Assembly: GCA_004764695.1 (NCBI GenBank)
Contig: SMSO01000014.1
Span: forward strand, 2,785,648-2,849,647
Direction of reading: 5' to 3'
Source: Schizochytrium sp. TIO01
Lineage: Eukaryota > Protista > Bigyra: Labyrinthulomycetes
DNA length: 64,000 bases
Positions 25,601 through 37,379 of this stretch are shown piece after piece; position 1 is the first letter of the stretch, and each line of letters opens with the position of its first letter. Position numbers and translations under genes: made by a program. The notes under the pieces are model-generated. The model worked only from the letters and a program-made list of their open reading frames with translations, was not told where the DNA came from and searched no databases.

Positions 25601-26801
25601 AGTGACAGCTGGTTGGCTCAGGCCAAAAACTTTGCTCGCTTTAAAAGTCGCGCTGGGTCTCATGATATTGGAAGGGTTTTCGCGTTGCGATCGCACGCTC
25701 TCAGATATCGGCAGTATTTACTTACCTTCAAGTTGCTAAAGAATGCCTTTCTAAGATGATGCTGTGAGGGGGGAATGAGGTCAAAAGCCCTGTGTTTGTT
25801 CTGATAAGCCGCGCTAGCCCTGAATTCCATTTCCCATCATAAGTCATTGGGTAACGACTAGTACAGTTCCTCCTCTTCCTGCTAACACATTGTTATGACT
25901 ACTCCTAAACGTGACGGTGTCGCATTCTATTCTTGTGGTTGGCTAAGGCTGACCGTGACCATCAAAGAAATAGTTGTTCTCGCTTGATAATTTTTCTTTC
26001 TGCCTCATGAGAATCGTAGAATCAGCCCTTGTGGGTACCTCACGTGCTAAAAGACAAGAAGAACCCTTTGGTTGACGGGCAAGAAAGCATTGCCACTGCA
26101 TAATACCCAACATTTTAATTCTAATTATAATATCAAGATCTCTGAATTGCTTGACAAAATTTGGTATAGTATTCGAAATGGCGGCTAAACTGCGCTAGAT
26201 AATCAAGAAGAGCAGAATGTATCCTCTTTTATTTTATTACATCAGTAGTAGCCACTGATTGCTCGGAACGTTAATCTAGCCTAAAATCTTAAGTACCTAG
26301 TGTTAAGTTATTTTAACCCTCATTATTTATATTACTATTCTTCCATCTAAAGTAGGTACCCCTTCTCGATCTTCTCATTTTGCTCATTTTGACTGCTTCA
26401 ACTAGATTTAATTAATAGCTTAATTTTGCCGAACTGAGTATGTCTTGTATCTATGCATATGCTCAAATTTCTACACCTGGTGACCCTGAATTTTGCAGTT
26501 GGAAGTCATCGAAACTGCTCTTTGAAAAGTCATACATGGATATCTCAAGTCTGGACTAGATGTGCCGCACCAATTTAGAAACCAAATATTCTTTTCGTTT
26601 AAGTTTTTTTCAAGAGGGCCACATGGTTTTATGTCAAAGGACATGTATGCCACATTGGCATCAAATGTGACCAGATAGTCCAGTTATTTTGAGGTTTCAG
26701 AAAGCTATATTTCGTTTGATCTTATGTATAATTTTAATCTACACCATTTCAGGTAAAATAGGGAGAGTAAGGGACGACGGCTAACTTAAGAGACACAACG
26801 A

Positions 26802-27935
26802 CTAGTTTTTAAGCTGGTCAAGACGGTTCTGCAGATCCTTCCTGCCAGGATCCTCAGGTTTGACGAGAGAAATTGCCTTTTCGAGAGCAGCACAAGCTTC
26901 TTCCGTACGGCCCAAAGAAGCAAGAGCTTCAGCCTCTCGTCCATAGGCTTTGGCCCATTGAGGTTTCACACGAGCACATGCCTGAGCATTCTCAAGAGCC
27001 TCGTCGAAGCGGCCTAGCTTATGCAAACATGCTGACTTATTGCTGAGTAAAGCATGCACGATCGCGGACGAGGAGAACTGGGACATGTCCTCAAAGAGCT
27101 CAGTTACACCTGCAAGTTTCAATGACTCAGAATAAGCCTCAAGAGCCTCCTCGGTCTTGCCTGCCATGAAAAGACGGTTGCCCTTCTCTTTAAGAATCAC
27201 AGCGTTACGAGAGTCCATATGCTTCTTGTGTGCAGCCGCTTTCTCTTCTGCAGTAGGTGGCTTCGGAGCGTTATATTGCGCAGTAAACTGCTTAAGCTGA
27301 TCCGCTGACGAGGGCTGACCACGGTGTGACTCGTTATAAGCTTTCGCGAACTTCATCCACGGCTGTGAGGCATCCAACTCCACTGCCTTGAAGTCAAGAC
27401 GGTAAAATGCATCTTCGTCGTCAAACTGTTTGCCAATAAAAGCATCACCTAGTACCTGGGTCGCTTGTCCACAAGCCTGTACAATTGCCGTAGCACGCAC
27501 ATTTGGTGTCAGCTCCTTCGCCATGCCCTTGTCATCCACATACATGTTGATAGAAACAAAACCAGTGTCGGCGCGGTTGGGGTGCAGCACAATCATGTCT
27601 ACCATGGTACGTGCGGCAAGGTTTTTGAACATCTCATCAGTAATCTGGTGCTCCTTGGCGTGCTCCTGCACCTGCTTTTTGTACGTGTCGAGTTGGCTAC
27701 CTTCAAGTGTTTGCTTGCTAAAGTGGTTCTTGCAGTAGTCAACAAAGCACCCGAGAGCCTTACCCTTGGCTTGGTGCAGGGTAAATTCCTGCACAGGCTT
27801 TGAAGGGTCTGCCGGCACAAGAACTGCCACAACATCACGCTCAGACTCATCAACCCCTCCACGTCCTCCGTTCCTCTTCTTAAGCTCCTCCATGGCAGTC
27901 TTGCCTTCAGACACGAGCGGCGCAGAAGAGCTCAT
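26802..27935 (-). CDS. TPR co-chaperone-like protein with an uncharacterised N-terminal domain
   Basis: Three C-terminal TPRs with carboxylate-clamp residues (KEKGN, SNKS, KAYGR). N-terminal globular region with MYVDDKG...PNVRAT...GDAF. Start codon uncertain (ATG 27935 or 27893). Confidence 0.8.
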   Translation of the reverse strand: MSSSAPLVSEGKTAMEELKKRNGGRGGVDESERDVVAVLVPADPSKPVQEFTLHQAKGKALGCFVDYCKNHFSKQTLEGSQLDTYKKQVQEHAKEHQITDEMFKNLAARTMVDMIVLHPNRADTGFVSINMYVDDKGMAKELTPNVRATAIVQACGQATQVLGDAFIGKQFDDEDAFYRLDFKAVELDASQPWMKFAKAYNESHRGQPSSADQLKQFTAQYNAPKPPTAEEKAAAHKKHMDSRNAVILKEKGNRLFMAGKTEEALEAYSESLKLAGVTELFEDMSQFSSSAIVHALLSNKSACLHKLGRFDEALENAQACARVKPQWAKAYGREAEALASLGRTEEACAALEKAISLVKPEDPGRKDLQNRLDQLKN

Positions 27936-28764
27936 GATGCTTGATGAGAATACGACAACAGGCAATACGTTGCTCTATCGGAGACTTTTGTTGTACTACG
28001 GAAACCAATTTAATGCCTCAGTACCAAACTGTTGCCAAAGCTGTCTCCGCTAGATCTATGGCCTCAAGAGTTAGAGTTTTGCCACAGGCAGTCCTCTCAT
28101 ACCGCATAGGTCTCTCAGAACCAGCGCTGTCCAGAAAAACAAGATCAGCCTAGGTCATATAAATTAAACGTGAAAGTAGGAGAACTAGAGGTAACACTAC
28201 CCGTAATATGACGAAAAAGGAACAGACCAACAGAATATATTGCAATAAAGAACAGGAACTCATACTACAATGATCTAGGTAGGTACTATCAGATCATTCG
28301 AGAATCAGGACTATGCTTGGTTAGTAGTTGTCAATTACTTTTTTCTTCGTTTGTCTGCTTCACTTGTTACATGCACTTTCAACTACAAAAAGGAAGCCTA
28401 CGTTTTTAGTTCTTGTGCTAGCAAGGCATTGGTTTACTGCTTTATTTGTGTCTCAACTAAGCTATAGGAGGCTGAAGATGTGCCTAAGGTCATAGGATCA
28501 AGCTTTGAGGCACATAGCGTACCACAAGAGGACTACTTCAGTCAAGGTGAAGAAGTGTAATAAGGCCATTCTTTGAGCTCCTGATTAGGTCTTGAGCTGC
28601 TAGTGTGTTTGCAATTTGGGAAAACGATACTCTTGATAATTCAAGAATATTATGGACAAGACTGGCCAAGAGAGTATGAGTTGTGAAATGAGACGAATGA
28701 ATGGAGAGAAGGGAGAGGTTCACAAAAGCAAACGCAGGGGGCAAATGAATGGTGTTTTTACGGT

Positions 28765-29136
28765 TTAGAAGCGGGTACGGGCGACCTGAACGTTGGGGAT
28801 GTTGACCTTCAACTCCTTGAGCATGTCCATGGTGTCGTTGTCGACCTCGATGGTCTCGTGGGCAATAGCGGAAACCTCCGGGACGTAGTCCATGCGGCGC
28901 TCGCGCTCCTCCTCCTGGAGCTTGAGGGAGATGCCACGAACGGGGCCACGCTCAATACGCTTCATAAGGCGGGTGACGAAACCGGCGACCTTGTTGCGCA
29001 TGCGCTTGGAGGGGAGGATAGCGACCTCCTCACAAAGGCGCTTGTTGGTCTGAAAGTCAAGAGTCAGGCGGGAGTAGTGGAGCTCCACCACCGCCTTGGC
29101 GGACTTCTTGACGGTCTTGGTACGAACACGACCCAT
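28765..29136 (-). CDS. RPS17: 40S ribosomal protein S17 (eS17)
   Basis: [11 protein letters not shown]...[10 protein letters not shown]...[12 protein letters not shown]...[18 protein letters not shown]; strong codon bias. Confidence 0.98.
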   Translation of the reverse strand: MGRVRTKTVKKSAKAVVELHYSRLTLDFQTNKRLCEEVAILPSKRMRNKVAGFVTRLMKRIERGPVRGISLKLQEEERERRMDYVPEVSAIAHETIEVDNDTMDMLKELKVNIPNVQVARTRF

Positions 29137-29158
29137 GGTGCCTGAGGTTTTTAGACTG

Positions 29159-29817
29159 CTGTAAATTATACAACGCAACACAAGTTAACAATGCAAGCAG
29201 ATCAGGAGCAAAGCATACAGCGTAGCATCCAAAGTTAGTCTTTCTCGTCCATCTTCAAAATGTAAGACCACCAACACCGCAGAGGAGAGCATATTATAAG
29301 GAGAAGCAACACAACAAACTAGCCCAAGATGTACACAGCGTTTCCCGATACAACCTGCTCACAGCACTGTGGTCCTGTGCAAACAGACGCATTGTAATCG
29401 AAAGTCAAAGAGAGCTATTCTTGAAGCAAAGTGCAGACATCGAGACCGCCAAAGTCCAGGTAATAGTAGAAAGGACAACCAAGACATGCACTTTGTGCAA
29501 AAACTCGGCTCCATGATGACCATAAGCTGTGTAAATCCAAGGCCCCGTACGTAATCCACGTTCAATTGTGATCACAATGCGCTGCTGTGCTCAAGTCTCC
29601 ACGTTGATCCACGGTACTTCTATGGGCCTCGCGGCGGCCATGTCGAAGAATGCCATCATCTGCACGACCCAGATGAGGACCAGGCCCGCACAGAGATACC
29701 CCTAAACTGATCGAGGAAGCACGAGTCCGTCCAGAGAAAGTCGCGCCGCGCTCCTGATGCTCCCACGCCCTGCTCACGCTCGTCGCCGCTGCCGCGCAGC
29801 AAGTCGCCGTCACTCAC
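29159..29817 (-). other. Putative 5'-UTR intron of RPS17
   Basis: Minus-strand donor AAG|GTGAGT at 29817 and NAGNAG acceptor (TACAG/CAG) at 29159/29156, just upstream of the ATG. Confidence 0.6.
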
Positions 29818-30851
29818 CTTGGCTTTCCTTTTTGTCTGGACCCTTCATTCGCCTCCGCTCCGGAGCGCCCGCGCGACAGGCGGCTGGAACTCCTACCATT
29901 TAATCTAAATACACCTTATAGGGTGTCTAGGGTTTTCAATAATTCGGCGCGTGATAGCGCCGATGCTGGCACCTTGCGTTCTTCGCACTATAGAACACTG
30001 AGAGAACGTAAAATGGGTTGCGCAGGCTGAGGAGGTTGGAAACGGTGATAAGTTGTGGAAGTTTGAGGGTTAAGACGGTGATAACTACATACCTATTTAG
30101 TGTGGAGCGCAAGATGGGCTTAGATAGTTAGATTGGGATGAAGAGAAGCCCGTAAGACGAGGATCATGAAGATGTAGAAGGGGGGAATGGAATGAGTTTC
30201 ATGTTTTTAAAATAGCCACGAGAGTAAGTTTAAGATTGTCAACCAGATTGCAGTTTTGTGATTTATCGTTTGGTCGAGAAAGACTTATTTAGCGGGTGAT
30301 AACTTGGAAAACAGATACAGAAGTCACTGAAGAGAGCTCGCTTGGAAAAACACTAACAAGTGACGATGCGAGAAAGATGACAGATTTCGCTTGGATGAGA
30401 TTTGATTATAGTAGATCAAATAAGGCGAGGCTGCTCGTTGATAGAGATAATGTAGTAGACATTTTGGCAAGAAACTTCGGATTGCTAGTTACACTACTTT
30501 ATTAATACATGTCGTGAAAAGAACTTCTTTTTCGAAACAATCCACTCAAGATGTTGATATCAGGACTGCAAAAATATTATTTATATAAATTTCGGATTGG
30601 CGTATACTTTTCCTAAATTTTGTACTGTTTACCGATGGATTAAGAGCTGATGTGGCGATCACCTCCCTTGGCTTACATGGTCCAAAGCATTAAATTTTGA
30701 GGATTGCAGTGAGAACGGTAATTTGCAATATTCTATTGCAGAAACAGGATACTTCAACTCTCATTCACGATAATCTTTGTAAAGAATTTCAATATTAACT
30801 GATGACTATTTACGACCAATAAGCTTGGTCTGAGACATATTGCATAAGCGT

Positions 30852-31661
30852 TTATAAGCTTGAAGAGTTGTGAGCACCATCCACAAGAATCTCTGATCCA
30901 GTCATAAAGCTGGAAGCATCGCTTCCAAGCAAGAGCATGACACCATCAAGTTCCTCGAGAAGTCCAAGACGCTGCATTGGAACATGCTTCTTTAGGAACG
31001 CATCACCTTTGGGAGAATCATAATAATCTTGCGTAAGTTCGGTTCGGAAAAAGCCAGGGTGCACCGAGTTGACACGAACACCGTGCTGAAGAACCTCAAT
31101 GGCCATTGCCTTTGTCATTTGAGTCAGAGCAGCCTTGCTTATCGAATAAACAGCATGTCCATGGCCTACTCGAAGGCCATAAATCGATGAAATATTAATG
31201 ATACTTCCATTCTTGATGCCCTTGTCCTTCAAACGACGAACTGCCTCTTGAGCTACAAAGAAGCAGCCGCGAACATTGACGTCCATAGTCTGGTTGTAAG
31301 ACTCAGGGGTTTCTTGCAGAACGCGATTCACAGGACCAACACCAGCATTGTTAATGATGACATCAAAAGTACGTCCTGTAGATTGCTCTACACTATCAAA
31401 TGCAAGTGCGATATCTTGGACATTACCAACATCGCATCGCGCTGTTGCCACAGTTATGCCAGGAAAATCAGCCCGGAGCTCCTCAGCAAGAGTATCAAGG
31501 CGGTCTGTTCGGCGAGCCAAAAGGCCGAGGACAGAACACCCAGCTTGAGCATAAGTCCGGGCAAAATGCTCACCAAATCCGCTCGAAGCTCCAGTAATGA
31601 GCACTGCCCTTTTTGAGACATCGAAAGTCTTCGCAAGGAATGCGGCTCCAGGATGCGACAT
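30852..31661 (-). CDS. Classical short-chain dehydrogenase/reductase (SDR)
   Basis: TGASSGFG, NNAG, catalytic YSISK, RVNSVHPG, and a C-terminal MTGSEILVDG. Confidence 0.95.
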   Translation of the reverse strand: MSHPGAAFLAKTFDVSKRAVLITGASSGFGEHFARTYAQAGCSVLGLLARRTDRLDTLAEELRADFPGITVATARCDVGNVQDIALAFDSVEQSTGRTFDVIINNAGVGPVNRVLQETPESYNQTMDVNVRGCFFVAQEAVRRLKDKGIKNGSIINISSIYGLRVGHGHAVYSISKAALTQMTKAMAIEVLQHGVRVNSVHPGFFRTELTQDYYDSPKGDAFLKKHVPMQRLGLLEELDGVMLLLGSDASSFMTGSEILVDGAHNSSSL

Positions 31662-32488
31662 ATTGGGTGCGCACTCTCTTTCTTTCTCTGTCTCTCCCTC
31701 CCCGAACCAGATCTGATAGCAATTTACTTTTGTTCAAAGAATGACAATCTTCGTTCCTACCTAGCACAAAGCGTTGCTAGATCCCTTTCTAAGTATGTAT
31801 GCTGGAGATTATCGCACCAAGAGCGCGATGAGATGAAGATTAGTCTTACCCTTCCGCTCCTGCACAGAACCAGGGATCTCTTGATGTTCGTAGTCTCCGC
31901 ACTGCCTCGAGAAGAATAGCTATAGAGAATGGCTCAAAAGTAGAGCCTTCCAAAACCCTCAGAGGTTAGAGCTGTCCCCTAGAGCGTGTTCGCTTCTGCT
32001 ACAGCGTAGTTTGAGAAAGAAGAATTGCATCTGGGATAGCAACTATGAAAGATGGATTCTCGTGCGATCTAAAATATTAGATACTAGTATCTTAGAACCT
32101 CTATTCTTAAAAGCCCTGTCCGACCAGGTACAATCGAGCGACTCTTGTACGTGCAGTGAAATGTTCTGCGTTTGAACTAGGTAGTATTAGATGCTACTAC
32201 CTAGGACCCGAACGACTGCAAAAACGATATTGGGATAGGGAATCAGAATCATCAGTTCAATTCAAAGAGTTTGGACTCTTTACCGTAATAATACCGACTC
32301 TGAAGCCATTGGCGTGCATATCGCGGATATCTTGATTGGGTGTTGCTTAGCAGACTCACGACCTGCATTATTGAACGAGTGAAATTAAGACTTGGTGTCA
32401 CATCTTGCGTAATTTGAATATTCAAGTTGAATCTGGAACAAGAAAAGGTTGCGGGAGTTTTGAAGATTATAATTGAGGCTTCGAGGTC

Positions 32489-34944
32489 ATGCCAAAGCAA
32501 AATGGGTCTGTTATAGCTGGGGTTATTGGGAATAATAATGGAGAAGTCGGGCTTGCTTGGATCGACTTGGCGAACCCAGTCCTCCATCTCGGTCAGCTAC
32601 GCGACAGTAAGCTGTATGAAGCTACTATTACAGCACTGCGCGAGTGCAACGCTAGTGAAATAGTCTTCCCTTCGACACATACACAGAGTGCCCTCTATGA
32701 AGCTCTTGTGCGAGATGATAAGCTCCCTTGGATTGTTTCTCCACGACCTCGACGGGTGTTTTCTGAGGATTGTGGACTCGACAAAATTCAAAAATTGAGC
32801 GCTGTGGAGCTGGATCTTCGCGAACTTGATCGTCGGTACCTATGCCGTGGGGCTGCTGCAGCACTACTGGCTAATGTTGAGCTAACTCAAGATGCGAGGT
32901 TCGCTCAAGGTTCACTTCGTGTCTGCGTTGACGACGATGACCATACACGAATGACTTTAGATGCAGTAACTATATCCTTATTGGAAATCCTCGAAGACCG
33001 CAGAGCTGTTCTTGAGCAGCATCGCCAGGCAAGTATGCACTCACTAGTTAGTGTCATGGATTATACAGTGACCCCCTGTGGTGGCCGTCGGCTTCGAGCG
33101 GAACTGGTCGCTCCTCCCTGCCTACTTGATAAAATTCATGCCCGACAGGACCTAGTGCAAGAACTTTTAGAAGATGAAACACTTTGTGATCTTCTTGTTG
33201 AGCATCTTCGTAAATTGCATGATTTGGACCAACTGACATCGCATTATGCAGCTCGACCAAAACAATTCACCATGATTACTCTAAAACGCGAAGCTGATAA
33301 CACAATTCGATTGCTCGAAACAGTCCGTGAATTGTTGGCTCTTGACGAAGCTGTTGGTAACCGTGTCGGATCTACTCTAGGGAAAAGAGCTTCTAGGAAG
33401 CATTCGCAACTCCCTGCCTATCCTGAAAACACTTGAACAGCACCTTGCAAAAAAGCTTCAACCAGGTGTTGGTTTTCAGCGGAATCCAGAAGAACAACGA
33501 ATTGAAGTTGTGTATTGCGTGATAGCAGGGATTGATGGTGTGCTTGACGTTGCACGACAAACCTATGCGGAAAAGATTGCTGCAATGAAGCATTACGTAG
33601 CCGAGCTTAATAAGCAATATGCTGATTTGGATGCTTGTCTATGGTTTTCTGTAAAACGGGGCTATCACCTACGCGTTCCTAGGGAGCATGCCACACCATC
33701 AAGGTTAGGGTCTCTCCTTAATACGGCCTGCTTTTCACAAGAAGACGGTAGATTGTACAACAGAAGAGTTAGCAAGTTTGAACTTGAAACAAGATCAAGC
33801 TACACGGGAGGCACTTCGGCGTACGGAAGTCCATCTTGAAGACGTGAGGGGCAAGGTAAGAACTGCGTTGCCAGCTCTCTACGCAATTTCTGAAGCTATC
33901 GCGCTTTTGGATATTCTTCAAGGTTTCGCTCAAATGGCCTCAGAGCACGACGTAGTTCGTCCTAGAGTCTACTCCGGCAAGTTTGGTGCATCCTCAGAGC
34001 CTCTCGAATTGGATGACCATGGCCATCATAAGTCCAAGGAACATGTTAATGGAGTCAACATCAAACAAGGGCGGCATCTACTAGTAGAGACTAGCTTACA
34101 GAAGCAACAACAAAAACTACAACATCAGTTTCAAGATGAGAGTAGTTCGCGTCGTGAAACCAGAGATTGGACTTTTGTTGCCAATGATCTTAATCTATCT
34201 TCCTTGGCGGTTGTAACTGGACCCAATTCTGCAGGAAAATCAACGCTACTTAAACAAACTGCACTTATTGTGATTCTCGCGCACGCTGGGGCATGGGTCC
34301 CCGCTGAGAAAGCAGAAATTGTCCTTATCAACCAGATTCTTACCCGAATTGGTACTGAAGACAATATTGAGGCCAACGCATCCACTTTTAGCTTAGAGAT
34401 GACAGAGTTTGCTCACATCGCTCGAGCCGCTAGTCCATCTTCAGAGACTGGCGCGTATCACCTTGTCCTCATCGACGAGCTTGGTCGAGGGACTAGTTCA
34501 CAAGAAGGACTATCTCTAGCTTGGGCTGCTTCGGAGTACCTCTTACGTAGGGAATTTACACTAACTATATTCGCGACACACTTTCGAGAGATCGAGGCAC
34601 TGCCAGGAATTTCTTTGGTTCGATTTTCTGTGGAGATCGACGAAGTTACTCAAGCTTTAGTCCTCAGTCATACTATGCAACAGCAACTACAAGCTCATCC
34701 GTCCGAAATGGAAAAACCTGAAGCGCAAGGATTTCCTAGTGATTATGGAATTCGCCTTGCGGAAGCATGTGGATTTCCCCGCCATGCTATTGATGACGCC
34801 AGAATTGCACGTGAGCTCTTACTTGAACATCGTGTATCGCTTGAAGCCAAAAGAGCTGGACTATATGTCTTAGTTCGAGATGCGTATATGATGACTTTAC
34901 CGGAGCTTCGCAATGCATTGACTCATCTGCAATCACGAGAATAG
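32489..34944 (+). CDS. MSH4: MutS homolog MSH4 (meiotic), interrupted by two +1 frame breaks (~33381-33390 and ~33709-33721); possible pseudogene or assembly error
   Basis: No mismatch-recognition domain I. Motifs EVGLAWIDL, TPCGGRRLR, GIDGVLDVARQTY, RGYHL, Walker A GPNSAGKST, DNIEANASTFSLEM, DELGRGTS, ATHF and YGIRLA, spread over three ORFs in successive +1 frames. Confidence 0.85.
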
Positions 34945-35628
34945 GGTGTATATCAGCTGAATGAAAAGCTTAGTCGTGTAAATATCTAACTTCATGCATC
35001 TAGCATTACTCAAATGTACAATGATCAGCTTATTGAAGTTGGAAGATTCTAAAGTGACAAAATTATAATTTTGAAATTAATGTAAGTGGCCCAAATAAAG
35101 GTCCGTTAGACCACTTCCCATTCTTCTTTTGTGTAAATTAGCGGCGACAAAGTAGCAAGAAGTGTCTTTCACAGAAAGGTTAATGCGAAAGATAATTAAA
35201 AAATAGCTATATCATCAAGTAATGTATCCTACTTTGGGTGAACTGACCAGTGACCTGGAATTTCACGTGCCATGAGGAAGGTGCCGCACGTGTTGAATAG
35301 CAGTTGAAAAAGGGAAAATGAGAACGTAGACTTAACACCTGTTCTCATAGGGAGCGATTTTTGTGAACTCGTTTGCAACAGCGGGTCTGCAAGCACTGCT
35401 ACAGTCCACTCAATTTTGTCTGTTCTTTTTGCTAGGTGTACACTCGCGTGGATCCATATAAAGGGGTCAAATTGTTAATTTATTCATTGCTACTGTCTAG
35501 GACGGCGCAAAAGCTGAGCACGTGGACGCAGCTTCAGTTGGGGCAGTGGCCTTAAAAAGCGTCAGTCGTGGAGTAGTGAGCAACCAAGCTGCTGTAAAGA
35601 GTGTTGACGTCGCAGGGACCTCATCGCA

Positions 35629-36774
35629 ATGGATCTCGAGGAGCAAATTTCTCTGGAACCGCCCAAGGTTCGCAACTGCAAAGGTCTTTCGCGCGAAGAC
35701 TTGCGTCGAGAGTTACAATTCAGAGACTTACCAGCTATTGGAATTCAAGGGGAAGATGAACAAACACTGCAAAAGGCATATGATGCTGAATATGAGCAAG
35801 AGCTTGAAGAATATCGACTCGCGCAGCAAGAAAGAGCTCAGCGCATTTTGGCCGAGCAGGATCGTCTTCGTGATGAACAGCGTAGACTTGTGCACGAGCG
35901 TGAAGATGAGCAATTGGTAGCCAATAACGGGAAGCTGCGGCTTTTTCTTCAGCTTGCAAGGAACAACCAAACAGCGCCAGAAGTTCACTTTATCGGTGGT
36001 CCGGCAATGGCACGTGTTCTTGCGCATGCTTTACCTAATTGCACCTCATTAATGGCCTTAGATTTATCAAATGGCCAAGTGAAAAATGAAGGTGCTCGTG
36101 CTTTGGGATTGGCACTAGGAGACCCCCAAACTCATTTACGTCGTCTCGAGCTTTCCCGATCAGAAATTGGTCCAGAAGGTCTGGTTTCCATTGGGGAGGG
36201 TCTCTCAGAAAACGATACTTTACTGACACTCATATTGGAGGATAATAACCTTACAGATGACGGACATGATTGGACAGGCATTGAATCATTTAGCGAAGCG
36301 CTTGTCTCCAACTCCACTTTGACATGCATCAATTTATCAAGATCAAATCTAGGCCAGCGCGGCGTTGCGCTCCTGGCAAGACGGATGACCAAAAATCAAA
36401 CTGTGCGTTCGATGGATTTAGAATTTAATGGACTCCCTTTGCAGAGCGATATGGACATAATTTTACAAAAGCTAGACGAGAATAAAGAGTTGTACGAGAC
36501 AACGATGGCAGAAACGCATGCCAGGCTTCGAGTAGAACGACAACAATTAGCAGTGATTGAACTTGAGCAAAAACGAGAAGACGACCGCTTGAGGGAAGAG
36601 CAAGCTGCTCATGATCGAGCAGCAGCAAGGCAAGCTGAACGACTGAGAAAGTTTGAGCAGGCGAAGGCAGACCGATCTCGCGAACTCGAAGAAGGCAAAT
36701 CCCACGCGTATGAACGGCATGCTGCATTTATGGAAGCGGAACTGGCAAGTAAAAAGAAAGGGAAGAAAAAATAA
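35629..36774 (+). CDS. RNI-like LRR protein with an N-terminal SAP-like motif and coiled coils
   Basis: LSREDLRRELQFRDLPAIG (SAP-like); 28-residue LRRs (LMALDLSNGQVKNEGARAL, LRRLELSRSEIGPEGL, LTCINLSRSNLGQRGV); basic C-terminus KKKGKKK. Confidence 0.8.
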   Translation: MDLEEQISLEPPKVRNCKGLSREDLRRELQFRDLPAIGIQGEDEQTLQKAYDAEYEQELEEYRLAQQERAQRILAEQDRLRDEQRRLVHEREDEQLVANNGKLRLFLQLARNNQTAPEVHFIGGPAMARVLAHALPNCTSLMALDLSNGQVKNEGARALGLALGDPQTHLRRLELSRSEIGPEGLVSIGEGLSENDTLLTLILEDNNLTDDGHDWTGIESFSEALVSNSTLTCINLSRSNLGQRGVALLARRMTKNQTVRSMDLEFNGLPLQSDMDIILQKLDENKELYETTMAETHARLRVERQQLAVIELEQKREDDRLREEQAAHDRAAARQAERLRKFEQAKADRSRELEEGKSHAYERHAAFMEAELASKKKGKKK

Positions 36775-37379
36775 ACATAAAATCTATTGTATGTATGATG
36801 ATGCTCTAAAAACCAACATTCATGATCAGATTGCAGCAGGCATACAAACTAAGCAAAATCACTCTGCAGATGGTAATTCGACTGTAAAGAGAAATTGCAC
36901 ACCAAAAAACTGAGCAATCCATTAACTTTGCACAAATGCACTAAAGCCAAATAAAAATCCTTACATAATACTATATAGTATTCTATTCTTTGTCCCAACT
37001 CAATATATTCCCCCATTCGCACAATTGACACAATAACACTTTCGTCCCTCAACTTAGTGCCAACTCAATAATCATAATATTTCGAATAAATTCTATATCT
37101 ATATGCACGTTCTAATTCACTTAAGCTCTTAAGGAGTAATCCAAACATGACCTGCTTCTTGCTTTAACATAGATATACAAGTGGAGACAGCATGTTGCAA
37201 TAGAGCTGACTGTTTCAACTTTCATTCACTCTCAAGAACGTTATGGACCATGTGAATTTGGTCACATTGAGTAATAGAATGAATGGAAACATAAGATGAG
37301 TGTTCAAAATAGCAAAGTGGTGTACATCTGAGAAGTCATGACACAAGTTAGTGCATATATTTCGAAATGTTTCGCTTAA

